A program made the position numbers and the translations under genes. Positions 14,625-28,074 of a stretch of 64,000 nt of DNA are shown piece by piece. Location of the stretch: contig OZ024760.1 of NCBI GenBank assembly GCA_964016885.1, positions 11,098,001 to 11,162,000 on the forward strand, given 5' to 3'. This stretch comes from Eledone cirrhosa. Lineage: Eukaryota. The notes under the pieces are model-generated. The model ran no database searches. It was not told the DNA's origin and saw only the letters and a list, made by a program, of their open reading frames with translations. The stretch's first letter is position 1, and every line of letters begins with the position of its first letter.

Positions 14625-16615
14625 TGTTATAGTTAGAAGATATTTTAGTAAACTATATTAAACTATGGTCTGGTGTTACAAACGATGTGTGTTATGGTTA
14701 GAAGATATTTTAGTAAACTATATTAAACTGTTGTGTGGTGTTATAGTTAGAAGATATTTTAGTAAACTATATTAAACTGTGGTCTGGTGTTACAAACGAT
14801 GTGTGTTATGGTTAGAAGATATTTTAATAAACTATATTAAACTGTTGTGTGGTGTTATAGTTAGAAGATATTTTAGTAAACTATATTAAACTGTGGTCTG
14901 GTGTTACAAACGATGTGTGTTATGGTTAGAAGATATTTTAATAAACTATATTAAACTGTTGTGTGGTGTTATAGTTAGAAGATATTTTAGTAAACTATAT
15001 TAAACTGTGGTCTGGTGTTACAAACGATGTGTGTTATGGTTAGAAGATATTTTAATAAACTATATTAAACTGTTGTGTGGTGTTATAGTTAGAAGATATT
15101 TTAGTAAACTATATTAAACTGTGGTCTGGTGTTACAAACGATGTGTGTTATGGTTAGAAGATATTTTTAGTAAACTGTATTAAACTGTTGTGTGGTGTTA
15201 TAGTTAGAAGATATTTTAGTAAACTATATTAAACTGTGGTCTGGTGTTACAAACGATGTGTGTTATGGTTAGAAGATATTTTTAGTAAACTGTATTAAAC
15301 TGTTGTGTGGTGTTATAGTTAGAAGATATTTTAGTAAACTATATTAAACTGTGGTCTGGTGTTACAAACGATGTATGTTATGGTTAGAAGATATTTTTAG
15401 TAAACTGTATTAAACTGTTGTGTGGTGTTATAGTTAGAAGATATTTTAGTAAACTATATTAAACTGTGGTCTGGTGTTACAAACGATGTGTGTTATGGTT
15501 AGAAGATATTTTTAGTAAACTGTATTAAACTGTTGTGTGGTGTTATAGTTAGAAGATATTTTAGTAAACTATATTAAACTGTGGTCTGGTGTTACAAACG
15601 ATGTGTGTTATGGTTAGAAGATAGTTTTAGTAAACTGTATTAAACTGTTGTGTGGTGTTATAGTTAGAAGATATTTTAGTAAACTATATTAAACTGTGGT
15701 CTGGTGTTACAAACGATGTGTGTTATGGTTAGAAGATATTTTTAGTAAACTGTATTAAACTGTTGTGTGGTGTTATAGTTAGAAGATATTTTAGTAAACT
15801 ATATTAAACTGTGGTCTGGTGTTACAAACGATGTGTGTTATGGTTAGAAGATATTTTTTAGTAAACTGTATTAAAATGTTGTGTGGTGTTATAGTTAGAA
15901 GATATTTTAGTAAACTATATTAAACTGTGGTCTGGTGTTATAAAAGATGCGTTATAGATAGTAGTAAACTATATTAAACCCTGGTGTGATGTTAAAAAAA
16001 TGTGTTATGGTTAGAAGATATTTTAGTAAACTATATTAAACTGTGGTGGGGTGTTATAAAAGATCTGTTATAGTTAGAAGATATTTTAGTAAACTATATT
16101 AAAATGTGGTGTGGTGTTATAAAGGATGTGTTATAGTTAGAAGATATTTTAGTAAAGTTTATAAGCTGGTGTGGTGTTATAAACGATGTGTGTTATGGTT
16201 AGAAGATATTTTTATAAACTATATTAAACTATGGTGTTACATAATGAAAGGTGTCTTAAACATGAGATATTTTAATAAACTATATTAGACTGTGGTGTGA
16301 CGTAATGAAAAGTGTCCTGTACATAAGATATGTTAATAAACTATATTAAATCGTGTGTGACGTAATGTAAGGTGTCTTATACATAAGACATTTTAATAAA
16401 CTATATTAAATCGTGTGCGACGTAATAAAAGGTGTCTTATACATAAGATATGTTAATAAACTATATTAAATCATGTGCGACGCAATGAAAGGTGTCTTAT
16501 ACATAAGATATTTTAATAAACTATATTAAATCGTGTGTGGCGTAATGAAAGGTGTCTTATACATAAGATATTTTAATAAACTTTATTAAATCGTGTGCGA
16601 CGTAATAAAAGGTGT
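14625..16615. repeat. Satellite array: 114-115-bp dimeric unit (about 12 copies) grading into ~60-bp monomers
   Basis: ctggtgttacaaacg recurs at 14670, 14784, 14898, 15012, 15126, 15241; shared core agatatttt(a/g)gtaaactatattaaa; 60-bp period after about 16300. Confidence 0.95.
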
Positions 16616-16879
16616 GAAAAATAATGGATTATGTAATTTTGTTTTGAAGATCACTAGACTCAACAATATAACTGGGACTTAGTCCTAACTGGCTAGTTCT
16701 GTTGTGTAATTGGAGTTATATATTTCTAATGTCTCTCTGTATATGGTTTTATTTTTGTTGTGAGTGGAGGGGCTGGGGTTGAGGGGGTGTATTTATACGC
16801 GTTTTGTTAAATGTGTGTAATGCAGTTTCTTGTTGTTTGTGGCGTTGCTGAATTCCGAAGTTATTGATTCTGTTTCTAG

Positions 16880-16913
16880 GTAAAAGGCGTTTGATTGTAA
16901 ATGTTTGAAGATC
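16880..16913 (+). other. Candidate micro-exon, possibly a first coding exon (MFED)
   Basis: Acceptor ttctgtttctag|, donor |gtaagt, ATG at 16901. Confidence 0.3.
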
Positions 16914-17094
16914 GTAAGTATTTTTGCTTTCTTCGTTGACGTGAAAACCGTGTTGTGATTATACATTTGAAGGATAGTCTGAGAGAAAATCTGGCTGTTG
17001 TTTGTGAAGTGTTTGTGGTAACTAGGTGTGTGTGTGTGGAACTACTGAATGATGGGGTGGGTCTCTGTAGGAGAGTAGATGTTATTGGTTCTTT

Positions 17095-17520
17095 GATGTG
17101 TGTGTGTGTGTAGAGTGTGTGTGGTGTATCTGCGTGTGTGGTGTATCTGTGTGTGTGTGGTGTATCGGTGTGTGTGTGTGTGGTGTATCTGTGGCGTGGT
17201 GTGTGTGGTGTATCTGCGTGTGTGGTGTATCTGTGTAGCGTGGTGTGTGTGGTGCATATTTGTGTGTGCGTGTGGTGTATCTGTGTGTATGTGCCGTGGT
17301 GTGTGTGTGTGTGGTGTATCGGTGTGTGTGTGTGTGGTGTATCTGCGTGTGTGGTGTATTTGTGTGGCGTGGTGTGTGTGGTGTATCTGTGTGGCGTGGT
17401 GTGTGGTGCATGTTTGTGCGTGCGTGTGGGTGTGGTGTATCTGTGTGTCTGTGTATGGATGTGTAGTGTGCATGTGCGCATGTGTGCGCATGTGTGTGTG
17501 TGTGGAGTGTTTAGGGTGTG
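17095..17520. repeat. (TG)n minisatellite with gtggtgtatc units
   Basis: Direct observation. Confidence 0.9.
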
Positions 17521-17540
17521 TGTTTAGCAATATTATTATA

Positions 17541-17727
17541 TGGTTTGGCAGTATCGGTAGAGGGTCGGACGCCATGCCTTGACGCATAGAGTTACGGCCC
17601 TTGCCATTCTGAGTTCAAATCCCGCCGAGGTTAACTTTGCCTTTCATCCTTACGGGGTCGATAAAATAAAGTACCAGTAATGCACTGGTAAATTGCTGGC
17701 CTTGTGCCTAAAGTAGAAACAATTATT
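17541..17727 (+). mobile_element. SINE family A, full length
   Basis: tggcagtatcggtagagg A box, gagttcaaatcc B box, 3' tail ccttgtgcctaaagtagaaacaattatt. Confidence 0.92.
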
Positions 17728-18054
17728 ATATTACCTGTGAGAGGCGGTGACAGTCGGATAGAATATGGTGCGGCTTTCGTTTCAACTTTCTACGCCCTCT
17801 TTCCTTTTTTCATCTTTTTGAGATTAAAAAAAATACCAGTTAAGTACTGGGGTAAATTCTTCCTTTGCATCTCTTTCAGAATTCCTCTTTAATGAGAGAG
17901 AGAGAGATAGAGAGAGAGAGAGGAGTTGAGAAAGAGATGTAGCGGAAGAATCGACCCCAGTACTAGACTGGTACTTTTTTATTTATTTTTTTTTTTTTCC
18001 TTATCAATCTCGAAAAGATGAAAGGCAAAGTTAACCTCAGAAGGATTTGAACTA

Positions 18055-18123
<69 letters not shown>

Positions 18124-18234
18124 GAGGGAGAGAGAGAGAGAGAGAGAGAAGAAACAAGGGAAATTCTATTTGACGTTCTAACGACTCCGCCAATTCACCG
18201 TTTCTTAGAAGATTAAATATACGTATATACAATG

Positions 18235-18291
<57 letters not shown>

Positions 18292-18885
18292 TTCGATCGA
18301 CAAGATCCCAGACCTCATTCACTTAACGAGTGGGGTGGAGCTCGTCAAATCGGACCGAGGAAACAATGTTTCCATTGGTCTTTCCAATTGTTAATACTAT
18401 CTGTCAGTCGCAACTCCAGGCAGAAAAAATATATATTGTTGAAAATATACATACATTATTAAGTATAAATAACACCCCCCCCCCACACACACACACATAC
18501 TGTTGAATACACAGACAGTTATAAATCTTTATTGATACCAACATTTATTTATGTTATATATGTATTTATGTTTCTAATTAATTAAAAACGTCCGTATAGA
18601 GTTAGTAAACCACGACAGACAAAGATATATATCTAATACTCCTTACACTTAATAAACAAACGTAAGGGAAAGACTTAAAAAAAAATATATATATATAATG
18701 AAAAATTGAACGGGAACAAAACAGAGAGGCAGTACAAACAAATGTTTATTAATTTCACGCTCTTGAGAGTGTATATATATATAATGTGGGGGAATATTAA
18801 ATTTTATCCAATTACAAGTATGAGAATAGCTCAATGTCTTGTGACAAACTTCTGATATTATATTTGTGTTTCAACCGTTATTATA

Positions 18886-18931
18886 TACTCCGATGAATCA
18901 ACCATGTGCTAGGATGAAACGACCGTAAGTG
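18886..18931 (+). ncRNA. Minimal type-I hammerhead ribozyme (U4C core variant)
   Basis: tact CCGAUGA atc..gat GAAA C gacc GUA agtg, followed by attaaa. Confidence 0.65.
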
Positions 18932-19157
18932 ATTAAATGTTCTAAACACACTTTGATTATTGTTTATATATATATATAGAGAGAGAGGGAGGGATCATAA
19001 AGTCAGAACGAACACTGCAAAGTATTCTATCTGACGTTCTAACGACTCTGCGCCAATTATCCCCTTTTGAGAAGAGTACGTACGTCATTTGTATTGAATT
19101 TAATTCTTTTTCCCATGCACGTTAAAAATAGTTTCGTTGTCTAGTGAAAGTATATGT

Positions 19158-19196
19158 CTAGCCTGATGAGAGTATAATTTGAAATGGCGATTGTTG
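19158..19196 (+). ncRNA. Degenerate minimal hammerhead motif
   Basis: tagc CUGAUGA gag tataa ttt GAAA U ggcg AUU gttg; the helices rely on G-U pairs. Confidence 0.4.
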
Positions 19197-19699
19197 TGTG
19201 TTTCTTCGTATGGCTGTTTCTCACGTTATTGATTACTACAAGAACATGTCGTGACTGATTATTAAAAGTTCGATCCATAAAAGTTTCTTTACTGTTATAT
19301 TGCAGAAATATTTCATTGCTTCTGTCATGTTTACAAATTTTATTACTGTGTGTGAAGCGTGCATTTTTAAATGGATTCTGCGCAAACGTGTGACGTTAGG
19401 AAGGGAGATAACAGCAATATATTTTTGTTTTTAGTGTTGTTCTTACTGTCAATGTCATTGTTGTTTTCTCTATAAATTTGTGTATTATTACGGATTGTTT
19501 GTTGTTGTAATTGTTGCTGTTGTTTGATAGTGCATGTTTAAAAAGTTTGAAGATTTTGTAAGACACCTACATGTTTATTTTGGAGTCCACTGGGTGCAAA
19601 TGTTTAGCTACATTTATTTCTTGTTTCATGAGATTCACACCTTTTGTAAGGAATAATTCTATCTGTCGAAACAAACAACCATATCAAGACGAAAATATC

Positions 19700-20520
19700 A
19701 TTGTCAATGTAGAGATACTAGCTATATCAGCAAAAGACACTTTCAACGTAGAAAACGTCGAAATATAAAACTGTATTATCTAGAAGTTAGTGATAACGAA
19801 CTAAACCTCGACGTAAACGTTGAAATAAACAGCTATATCAACTGCAGATAAATAGAAACAAGGACTACGTAGAAACAAAGATCTGTATAAACTCGAGTCA
19901 CTTATAGCGAAGAAAACTTCGAGGTTAACGTCGAACTATAAAGCTGTATCAATTATAAAGTAGAAAATATAAATCTATATCAACTACAGATAAATATAAT
20001 GTTTCTATTTTTGGCACAAGGCCAGCAATTATTCCAGTGTATTACTGGTACTTTATTTTATCGACCCCGTAAGGATGAAAGGCAATGTTAACCTCGGCGG
20101 GATTTGAACTCAGATCATAAGGGGCCGTAATTCTATGCTGCAAATCATGGCGTCCGACTCTCTACCAATATTGCCAATCCAACACCCTTCAGATAAATAT
20201 AACGTAGAAAACGTCGAAATATAAACAGCTATATTAATCACAGTCAGTTATAACGAAGAAAACCACGAGGTAAACGTTGAAATAAACAACTATATCAATT
20301 ACAGACAGTTATAACGAAGAAAACATTGAAGTAAACGTAGAAAATAGAAAGCTATATCAACTACAGTCAGTTATAACGAAGTAAATGCTGACATAAGCTA
20401 TATCAACTAGAGTCAGTTATAACGAAGAAAATCTTGACATATAAATCTATATTAATTCCAGGCAGTTATAACGAAGAAAATTTTGAAATATGAAGCTGTA
20501 TCAATTACAACGTAGAAAAT
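19700..20520. repeat. Degenerate ~50-60-bp tandem repeat interrupted by a SINE
   Basis: aacgaagaaaac...gctatatcaactacagtcagttat recurs. Confidence 0.75.
19997..20181 (-). mobile_element. SINE family A
   Basis: Matches family consensus. Confidence 0.9.
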
Positions 20521-20540
20521 ACAACGCTGCATCTACTTGC

Positions 20541-20749
20541 TACAACTGAAGAGGAGCACACCTCCGCTTCTTGGGCCCCTTTTTAGCACAGCATACATCA
20601 AATGACCGACACCATTCTTCAAAGTCGCGACGCAGGCCCGTCCAGTAGAAACTCTATCGCAACCGATTCATATTTTTCTTTACTGCCAAATGTCCACGAG
20701 TAATCAGATCAGGAGCTTCTTCTAACAGCTCAGGTATCACCAGTTGCAA
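20541..20749 (-). mobile_element. Gypsy/Ty3 LTR-retrotransposon integrase zinc-binding fragment (pseudogene)
   Basis: Manual translation LQLVIPELLEEAPDLITRGHLAVKKNMNRLR*SFYWTGLRRDFEEWCRSFDVCCAKKGPKKRRCAPLQL fits a decayed HHCC region. Confidence 0.85.
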
Positions 20750-20957
20750 ATATAGACAAATACAACGAAGAAAACACTACAAGGTACCTACGAAAATATG
20801 TTTTTCATCTGTGAAACTTTATAATTTTTCTCGCATCAGAAAATATTGAACATCTGTCCCGGGTTTGGTTTTCTCTGAGTCTTTCTTTTTGAAGTGACCT
20901 ACCGGATCATTGTTCTACCTGATCGTTTATTAATATCGATAATTTGGACATTCCCGA

Positions 20958-21060
20958 TGTTTTGAACTTCTCTTGTATATCACATCAGTGTCTTGAACTT
21001 CTCTTGTATATCGCACCAGTGTTTTGAACTTCTCTTGTATATCACATCAGTGTCTTGAAC
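20958..21060. repeat. 32-bp tandem repeat x3
   Basis: ttgaacttctcttgtatatcacatcagtgtc. Confidence 0.85.
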
Positions 21061-21359
21061 AATGTTTCTTCTGCCGTTCACAATTCTTACTAATTTATAA
21101 AAACACACACACACACACACACAGACAAAACAACAATCAAACAAAACAAAAACTACACAAAAAGCCCTACAGAAATTGCCAGGTCATGCTCTTTTATCTC
21201 TTTGTCTGTGTGTCCTTTTGTTGTTAGCTTGACTCATCGGTTTTATTATTTATTAGATTTTCTCGGGAACATTTTCATCGGAATAATTACCTCATTAAAT
21301 GGCGAGGAAGGTTGGAATCAGCGATGATTCAATCAGTAAAGAAATGCACTGTATTTCTG

Positions 21360-23250
21360 ATAATATAACTACACAGATCTTATAGATAGAAGCCAAGAAC
21401 TATACTATATCTACTATAACATAACTACACAGCTCTTATAGATAGAAGCCAAGAACTATACTATATCTACTATAATATGACTACACAGCTCTTATAGATA
21501 GAAGCCAAGAACTATACTATATCTACTATAATATGACTACACAGATCTTATAGATAGAAGCCAAGAACTATACTATATCTACTATAATATGACTACACAG
21601 CTCTTATAGATAGAAGCCAAGAACTATACTATATCTACTATAATATGACTACACAGCTCTTATAGATAGAAGCCAAGAACTATACTATATCTACTATAAC
21701 ATAACTACACAGCTCTTATAGATAGAAGCCAAGAACTATACTATATCTACTATAACATAACTACACAGCTCTTATAGATAGAAGCCAAGAACTACACTAT
21801 ATCTACTATAACATGACTACACAGATCTTATAGATAGAAGCCAAGAACTATACTATATCTACTATAATATGACTACACAGCTCTTATAGATAGAAGCCAA
21901 GAACTACACTATATCTACTATAACATAACTACACAGATCTTATAGATAGAAGCCAAGAATACACTATATCTACTATAATATAACTACACAGATCTTATAG
22001 ATAGAAGCCAAGAACTACACTATATCTACTATAATATAACTACACAGCTCTTATAGATAGAAGCCAAGAACTACACTATATCTACTATAACATAACTACA
22101 CAGCTCTTATAGATAGAAGCCAAGAACTACACTATATCTACTATAACATAACTACACAGCTCTTATAGATAGAAGCCAAGAACTACACTATATCTACTAT
22201 AACATAACTACACAGATCTTATAGACAGAAGCCAAGAACTACACTATATCTACTATAACATAACTACACAGCTCTTATAGATAGAAGCCAAGAACTACAC
22301 TATATCTACTATAATATAACTACACAGCTCTTATAGATAGAAGCCAAGAACTACACTATATCTACTATAACATAACTACACAGATCTTATAGACAGAAGC
22401 CAAGAACTACACTATATCTACTATAACATAACTACACAGATCTTATAGACAGAAGCCAAGAACTACACTATATCTACTATAACATGACTACACAGCTCTT
22501 ATAGATAGAAGTCAAGAACTATACTATATCTACTATAACATGACTACACAGCTCTTATAGATAGAAGCCAAGAACTACACTATATCTACTATAACATGAC
22601 TACACAGATCTTATAGATAGAAGCCAAGAACTATACTATATCTACTATAACATGACTACACAGCTCTTATAGATAGAAGCCAAGAACTATACTATATCTA
22701 CTATAACATGACTACACAGCTCTTATAGATAGAAGCCAAGAACTACACTATATCTACTATAACATGACTACACAGATCTTATAGATAGAAGCCAAGAACT
22801 ATACTATATCTACTATAACATGACTACACAGCTCTTATAGATAGAAGCCAAGAACTATACTATATCTACTATAACATGACTACACAGCTCTTATAGATAG
22901 AAGCCAAGAACTACACTATATCTACTATAACATGACTACACAGATCTTATAGATAGAAGCCAAGAACTATACTATATCTACTATAACATGACTACACAGC
23001 TCTTATAGATAGAAGCCAAGAACTATACTATATCTACTATAACATGACTACACAGCTCTTATAGATAGAAGCCAAGAACTACACTATATCTACTATAACA
23101 TGACTACACAGATCTTATAGATAGAAGCCAAGAACTACACTATATCTACTATAACATGACTACACAGATCTTATAGATAGAAGCCAAGAACTATACTATA
23201 TCTACTATAACATGACTACACAGCTCTTATAGATAGAAGCCAAGAACTAC
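21360..23250. repeat. 56-bp satellite, about 34 copies
   Basis: gaagccaagaacta recurs every 56 bp (21389, 21445, ...). Confidence 0.96.
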
Positions 23251-25990
23251 ACCATATTTGCTATAACACGACTCTTATAGACATAAATGGAGAACTACAC
23301 TCTATTTACTATAACACGGTTTGTACAGAGAAAAAAAATGAACTACACTATATTTACTATAACACGGTTCTTATAGACAGAAACAATGAACTACACTATA
23401 TTTGCTGTAACACGACTCTTATAGACAGAAACAATGAACTACTCTATATTTGCTATAACACGTCTCTTATAGATAGAAGCCAAGAACTACCCTATTTCCT
23501 ATTACACGGCTCTTATAGACAGAAACGAAGAGCTAGAGTGTATTTGTTATAATACGGTTCTTATAGACAGAAACGAAGAACTACACTATATTTGCTATAA
23601 CACGACTCTTATAGAAAGAAACGAGCATTTGCTATGAGATGACTCTTATAGACAGAAATGAAGAACTACACTCTATTTGCTATAACACGGTTCTTATAGA
23701 CAGAAACAATGAATTACACTATATTTGCTATAACACGACTCTTATCGAAAGAAACGAGCATTTGCTATGAGATGACTCTTATAGACAGAAATGAAGAACT
23801 ACACTCTATTTGCTATAACACGGTTCTTATAGACAGAAACAATGAATTACACTATATTTGCTATAACACGACTCTTATCGAAAGAAACGAGCATTTGCTA
23901 TGAGATGACTCTTATAGACAGAAATGAAGAACTACACTCTATTTGCTATAACACGGTTCTTATAGACAGAAACAATGAATTACACTATATTTGCTATAAC
24001 ACGACTCTTATCGAAAGAAACGAGCATTTGCTATGAGATGACTCTTATAGACAGAAATGAAGAACTACACTCTATTTGCTATAACACGGTTCTTATAGAC
24101 AGAAACAATGAATTACACTATATTTGCTATAACACGACTCTTATCGAAAGAAACGAGCATTTGCTATGAGATGACTCTTATAGACAGAAATGAAGAACTA
24201 CACTCTATTTGCTATAACACGGTTCTTATAGACAGAAACAATGAATTACACTATATTTGCTATAACACGACTCTTATCGAAAGAAACGAGCATTTGCTAT
24301 GAGATGACTCTTATAGACAGAAATGAAGAACTACACTCTATTTGCTATAACACGGTTCTTATAGACAGAAACAATGAATTACACTATATTTGCTATAACA
24401 CGACTCTTATCGAAAGAAACGAGCATTTGCTATGAGATGACTCTTATAGACAGAAATGAAGAACTACACTCTATTTGCTATAACACGGTTCTTATAGACA
24501 GAAACAATGAATTACACTATATTTGCTATAACACGACTCTTATCGAAAGAAACGAGCATTTGCTATGAGATGACTCTTATAGACAGAAATGAAGAACTAC
24601 ACTCTATTTGCTATAACACGGTTCTTATAGACATAAACAATGAATTACACTATATTTGCTATAACACGACTCTTATCGAAAGAAACGAGCATTTGCTATG
24701 AGATGACTCTTATAGACAGAAATGAAGAACTACACTCTATTTGCTATAACACGGTTCTTATAGACATAAACAATGAATTACACTATATTTGCTATAACAC
24801 GACTCTTATCGAAAGAAACGAGCATTTGCTATGAGATGACTCTTATAGACAGAAATGAAGAACTACACTCTATTTGCTATAACACGGTTCTTATAGACAG
24901 AAACAATGAATTACACTATATTTGCTATAACACGACTCTTATCGAAAGAAACGAGCATTTGCTATGAGATGACTCTTATAGACAGAAATGAAGAACTACA
25001 CTCTATTTGCTATAACACGGTTCTTATAGACATAAACAATGAATTACACTATATTTGCTATAACACGACTCTTATCGAAAGAAACGAGCATTTGCTATGA
25101 GATGACTCTTATAGACAGAAATGAAGAACTACACTCTATTTGCTATAACACGGTTCTTATAGACATAAACAATGAATTACACTATATTTGCTATAACACG
25201 ACTCTTATCGAAAGAAACGAGCATTTGCTATGAGATGACTCTTATAGACAGAAATGAAGAACTACACTCTATTTGCTATAACACGGTTCTTATAGACATA
25301 AACAATGAATTACACTATATTTGCTATAACACGACTCTTATCGAAAGAAACGAGCATTTGCTATGAGATGACTCTTATAGACAGAAATGAAGAACTACAC
25401 TCTATTTGCTATAACACGGTTCTTATAGACAGAAACAATGAATTACACTATATTTGCTATAACACGACTCTTATCGAAAGAAACGAGCATTTGCTATGAG
25501 ATGACTCTTATAGACAGAAATGAAGAACTACACTCTATTTGCTATAACACGGTTCTTATAGACAGAAACAATGAATTACACTATATTTGCTATAACACGA
25601 CTCTTATCGAAAGAAACGAGCATTTGCTATGAGATGACTCTTATAGACAGAAATGAAGAACTACACTCTATTTGCTATAACACGGTTCTTATAGACATAA
25701 ACAATGAATTACACTATATTTGCTATAACACGACTCTTATCGAAAGAAACGAGCATTTGCTATGAGATGACTCTTATAGACAGAAATGAAGAACTACACT
25801 CTATTTGCTATAACACGGTTCTTATAGACAGAAACAATGAATTACACTATATTTGCTATAACACGACTCTTATCGAAAGAAACGAGCATTTGCTATGAGA
25901 TGACTCTTATAGACAGAAATGAAGAACTACACTCTATTTGCTATAACACGGTTCTTATAGACAGAAACAATGAATTACACTATATTTGTA
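23250..25990. repeat. ~47-bp monomers followed by a 133-bp higher-order (trimer) satellite, about 18 copies
   Basis: Near-identical ORFs in the track recur every 133 bp; each unit has three cttat/tttgcta subunits. Confidence 0.96.
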
Positions 25991-26044
25991 TATAACACCA
26001 CTACATGGTTCTTATAGATGGAAAGAAAGTCAGCTCCCCTGACG

Positions 26045-26197
26045 AATTGAGACAGTTGTTAGAACATCGGATAGAATGCTTTGTGTTATTCGTTTAGGGT
26101 CTCTGCTCTCTGAGTTCAAATCTCACTGACGTCAACTTTGACTTTCATCCATTCAAGGTCAATATAAAAAAGTACCAGTCTGGTACTGGGGTCGATT
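26045..26197 (+). mobile_element. Older, diverged SINE family A-like copy
   Basis: gagttcaaatct...actttcatccattcaaggtcaatataaaaaagtaccag. Confidence 0.75.
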
Positions 26198-26450
26198 CTT
26201 CCTCAATATCCCTTCCTCACTTCCTCTCTATCACTATCTATCATTCTCTGGAAGAAATTTACTGTATTCAGGCCCGGAGAAACGCCGTATGTCACTACGG
26301 TCCTCTACGACTCCATCACAAGATACGGGACCATACATATACAAGAGAGATTGCTATAGCGTGCTAAACAACATGGCGCTGAGTAAAACTGAGCAAAATA
26401 AGACAGGAGGACAAAACACAGACATTTTCACCGACATTGCCTTATTGATA

Positions 26451-27140
26451 ATAATTGTTTCTATTTTTGGCACAAGGCGAGCAATTATCCCAGTGCATTA
26501 CTGGTACTTTATTTTATCGACCCCGTAAGGATGAAAGGCAAAGTTAACCTCGGCGGGATTCGAACTCAGAATGGCAAGGGCCGTAACTCTATGCATCAAA
26601 GCATGGCGTCCGACCCTCTACCGATTCTGTGATAATAATGATCGTTGTACAAACAATATTGTCGATAATTAAGAGAAGAAGAAAAGGAAGAAGTGTAAAA
26701 AGGTGATCATTAATAATATATGAAAACAATAACAACAACAACAACAATAACAACAAGAACAATAACGATGATGATGATGATAGTGATAGTAAATCACCGA
26801 GAAAAGAAAGAAAATAACAATATAAACAATAGTAAGAACAATAAGAATGAAAGGCATAATTAACCTCAGCGGGATTTGAACTCAGACCGTAAAGGGGCGT
26901 AACTCTGTGCTGCAAAGCATGGTGTCCGACCCTCTACCGATACTACCAATTCACCGCTACTATTAATAATTGTTGCTACTTTTGGCACAAGGCCAGCAAT
27001 TATCCAGTACATTACTGGTACTTTATTTTATCGACCCCGTAAGGATGAAAGGGAAAGTTAACCTCGGCGGGATTTGAACTCAGACTCTATGCGTCAAAGC
27101 ATGGCGTCCGACCCTCTACCTATACTGCCAATCCACCGCC
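26451..27140 (-). mobile_element. Cluster of three SINE family A copies (26451-26630, 26846-26958, 26965-27140)
   Basis: Each matches the family consensus. Confidence 0.9.
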
Positions 27141-27596
27141 ATTACTAATAATAATAATTCATGTAAAGGGAAATTGTCTCACCTGTAGACACAACAGAGA
27201 GATTCTGACAATAAAACACAGCTTAGAAGAAAGTAAATAATATAAACAATATATTAGATAAAATAAATAAAACCTCTGTGAAACCGATGAATATGAATGC
27301 CATATGGTAGGGCTGTAATATCTAAGAAGCATGCCAATACATACATATATCAGAGAAATTGAATAATCGAAGAAAACAACGAGGACGATGAAAAAAAACA
27401 AGAAAAAAGCTGTGATGATAGTGAAGGAAATAATACGATGAAATGTCTTGACAAGATATGTTCATCAAATATTTACAGCATAAAGATGTAAATTGCATAT
27501 CTTCCAACTGAAATGCCATGGAAACTGTCAAAAATATTTGTAAAAGTCGCAGTGAAAAGGAACATGCTTAGAATTGTATGAAGTATTTCGCAGATA

Positions 27597-28030
27597 TACG
27601 AGGCTGGGCTGGGCTGGGCTGGGCTGGGCTGGGCTTAGCAGGATGAGGCAGGGCTGGGCTGGGCTTAGCAGGATGAGGCAGGGCTGGGCTGGGCTTAGCA
27701 GGATGAGGCAGTGCTGGGCTTAGCAGGGCTGGGCTCGGCTTGACTGGTTAAGCTGGGCTTAGCAAGGTGAGGCAGGGCTAACGGAGCTTGGCCAGCAGGG
27801 CGAGGCAGGGCTGGGCTTGACTGGCTAGGCTGGGCTTATCAAGGTGAGGCAGGGCTGGCTGGGCTTAGCAGGGTGAGGCAGGGCTGGCTGAGCTTGACTG
27901 GCTGGGTTTGGCTAGCAGGGCGAGGCAGGGCTGGTTGGGCAGGGCTGGGTTGGATTGGGTTGAAAAGTTCATAGGTTGTCTATGAAAGTGTGATGCTAGA
28001 GCTGTGAAATTTCTTCATTTTTGTCAACCA
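27597..28030 (+). mobile_element. Mariner-like transposon terminus split by a GC-rich (GGGCT)n-derived expansion
   Basis: TA-cgaggctggg at 27597 resumes as gggttgaaaagttcatagg at about 27957, giving a mariner-like TIR once the repeat is removed. Confidence 0.6.
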
Positions 28031-28074
28031 GCCCATTTTTGATCTCTGTAAACCACTTTCATCGCGGACCTTTC

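Noticed and set aside
20546-20570. ctgaaga-ggag..ctcc hammerhead-like start
   Set aside because: No GAAA or cleavage site; lies within the antisense of the Gypsy integrase fragment
23709-25898. Seventeen near-identical 64-aa ORFs
   Set aside because: Artefact of the 133-bp satellite
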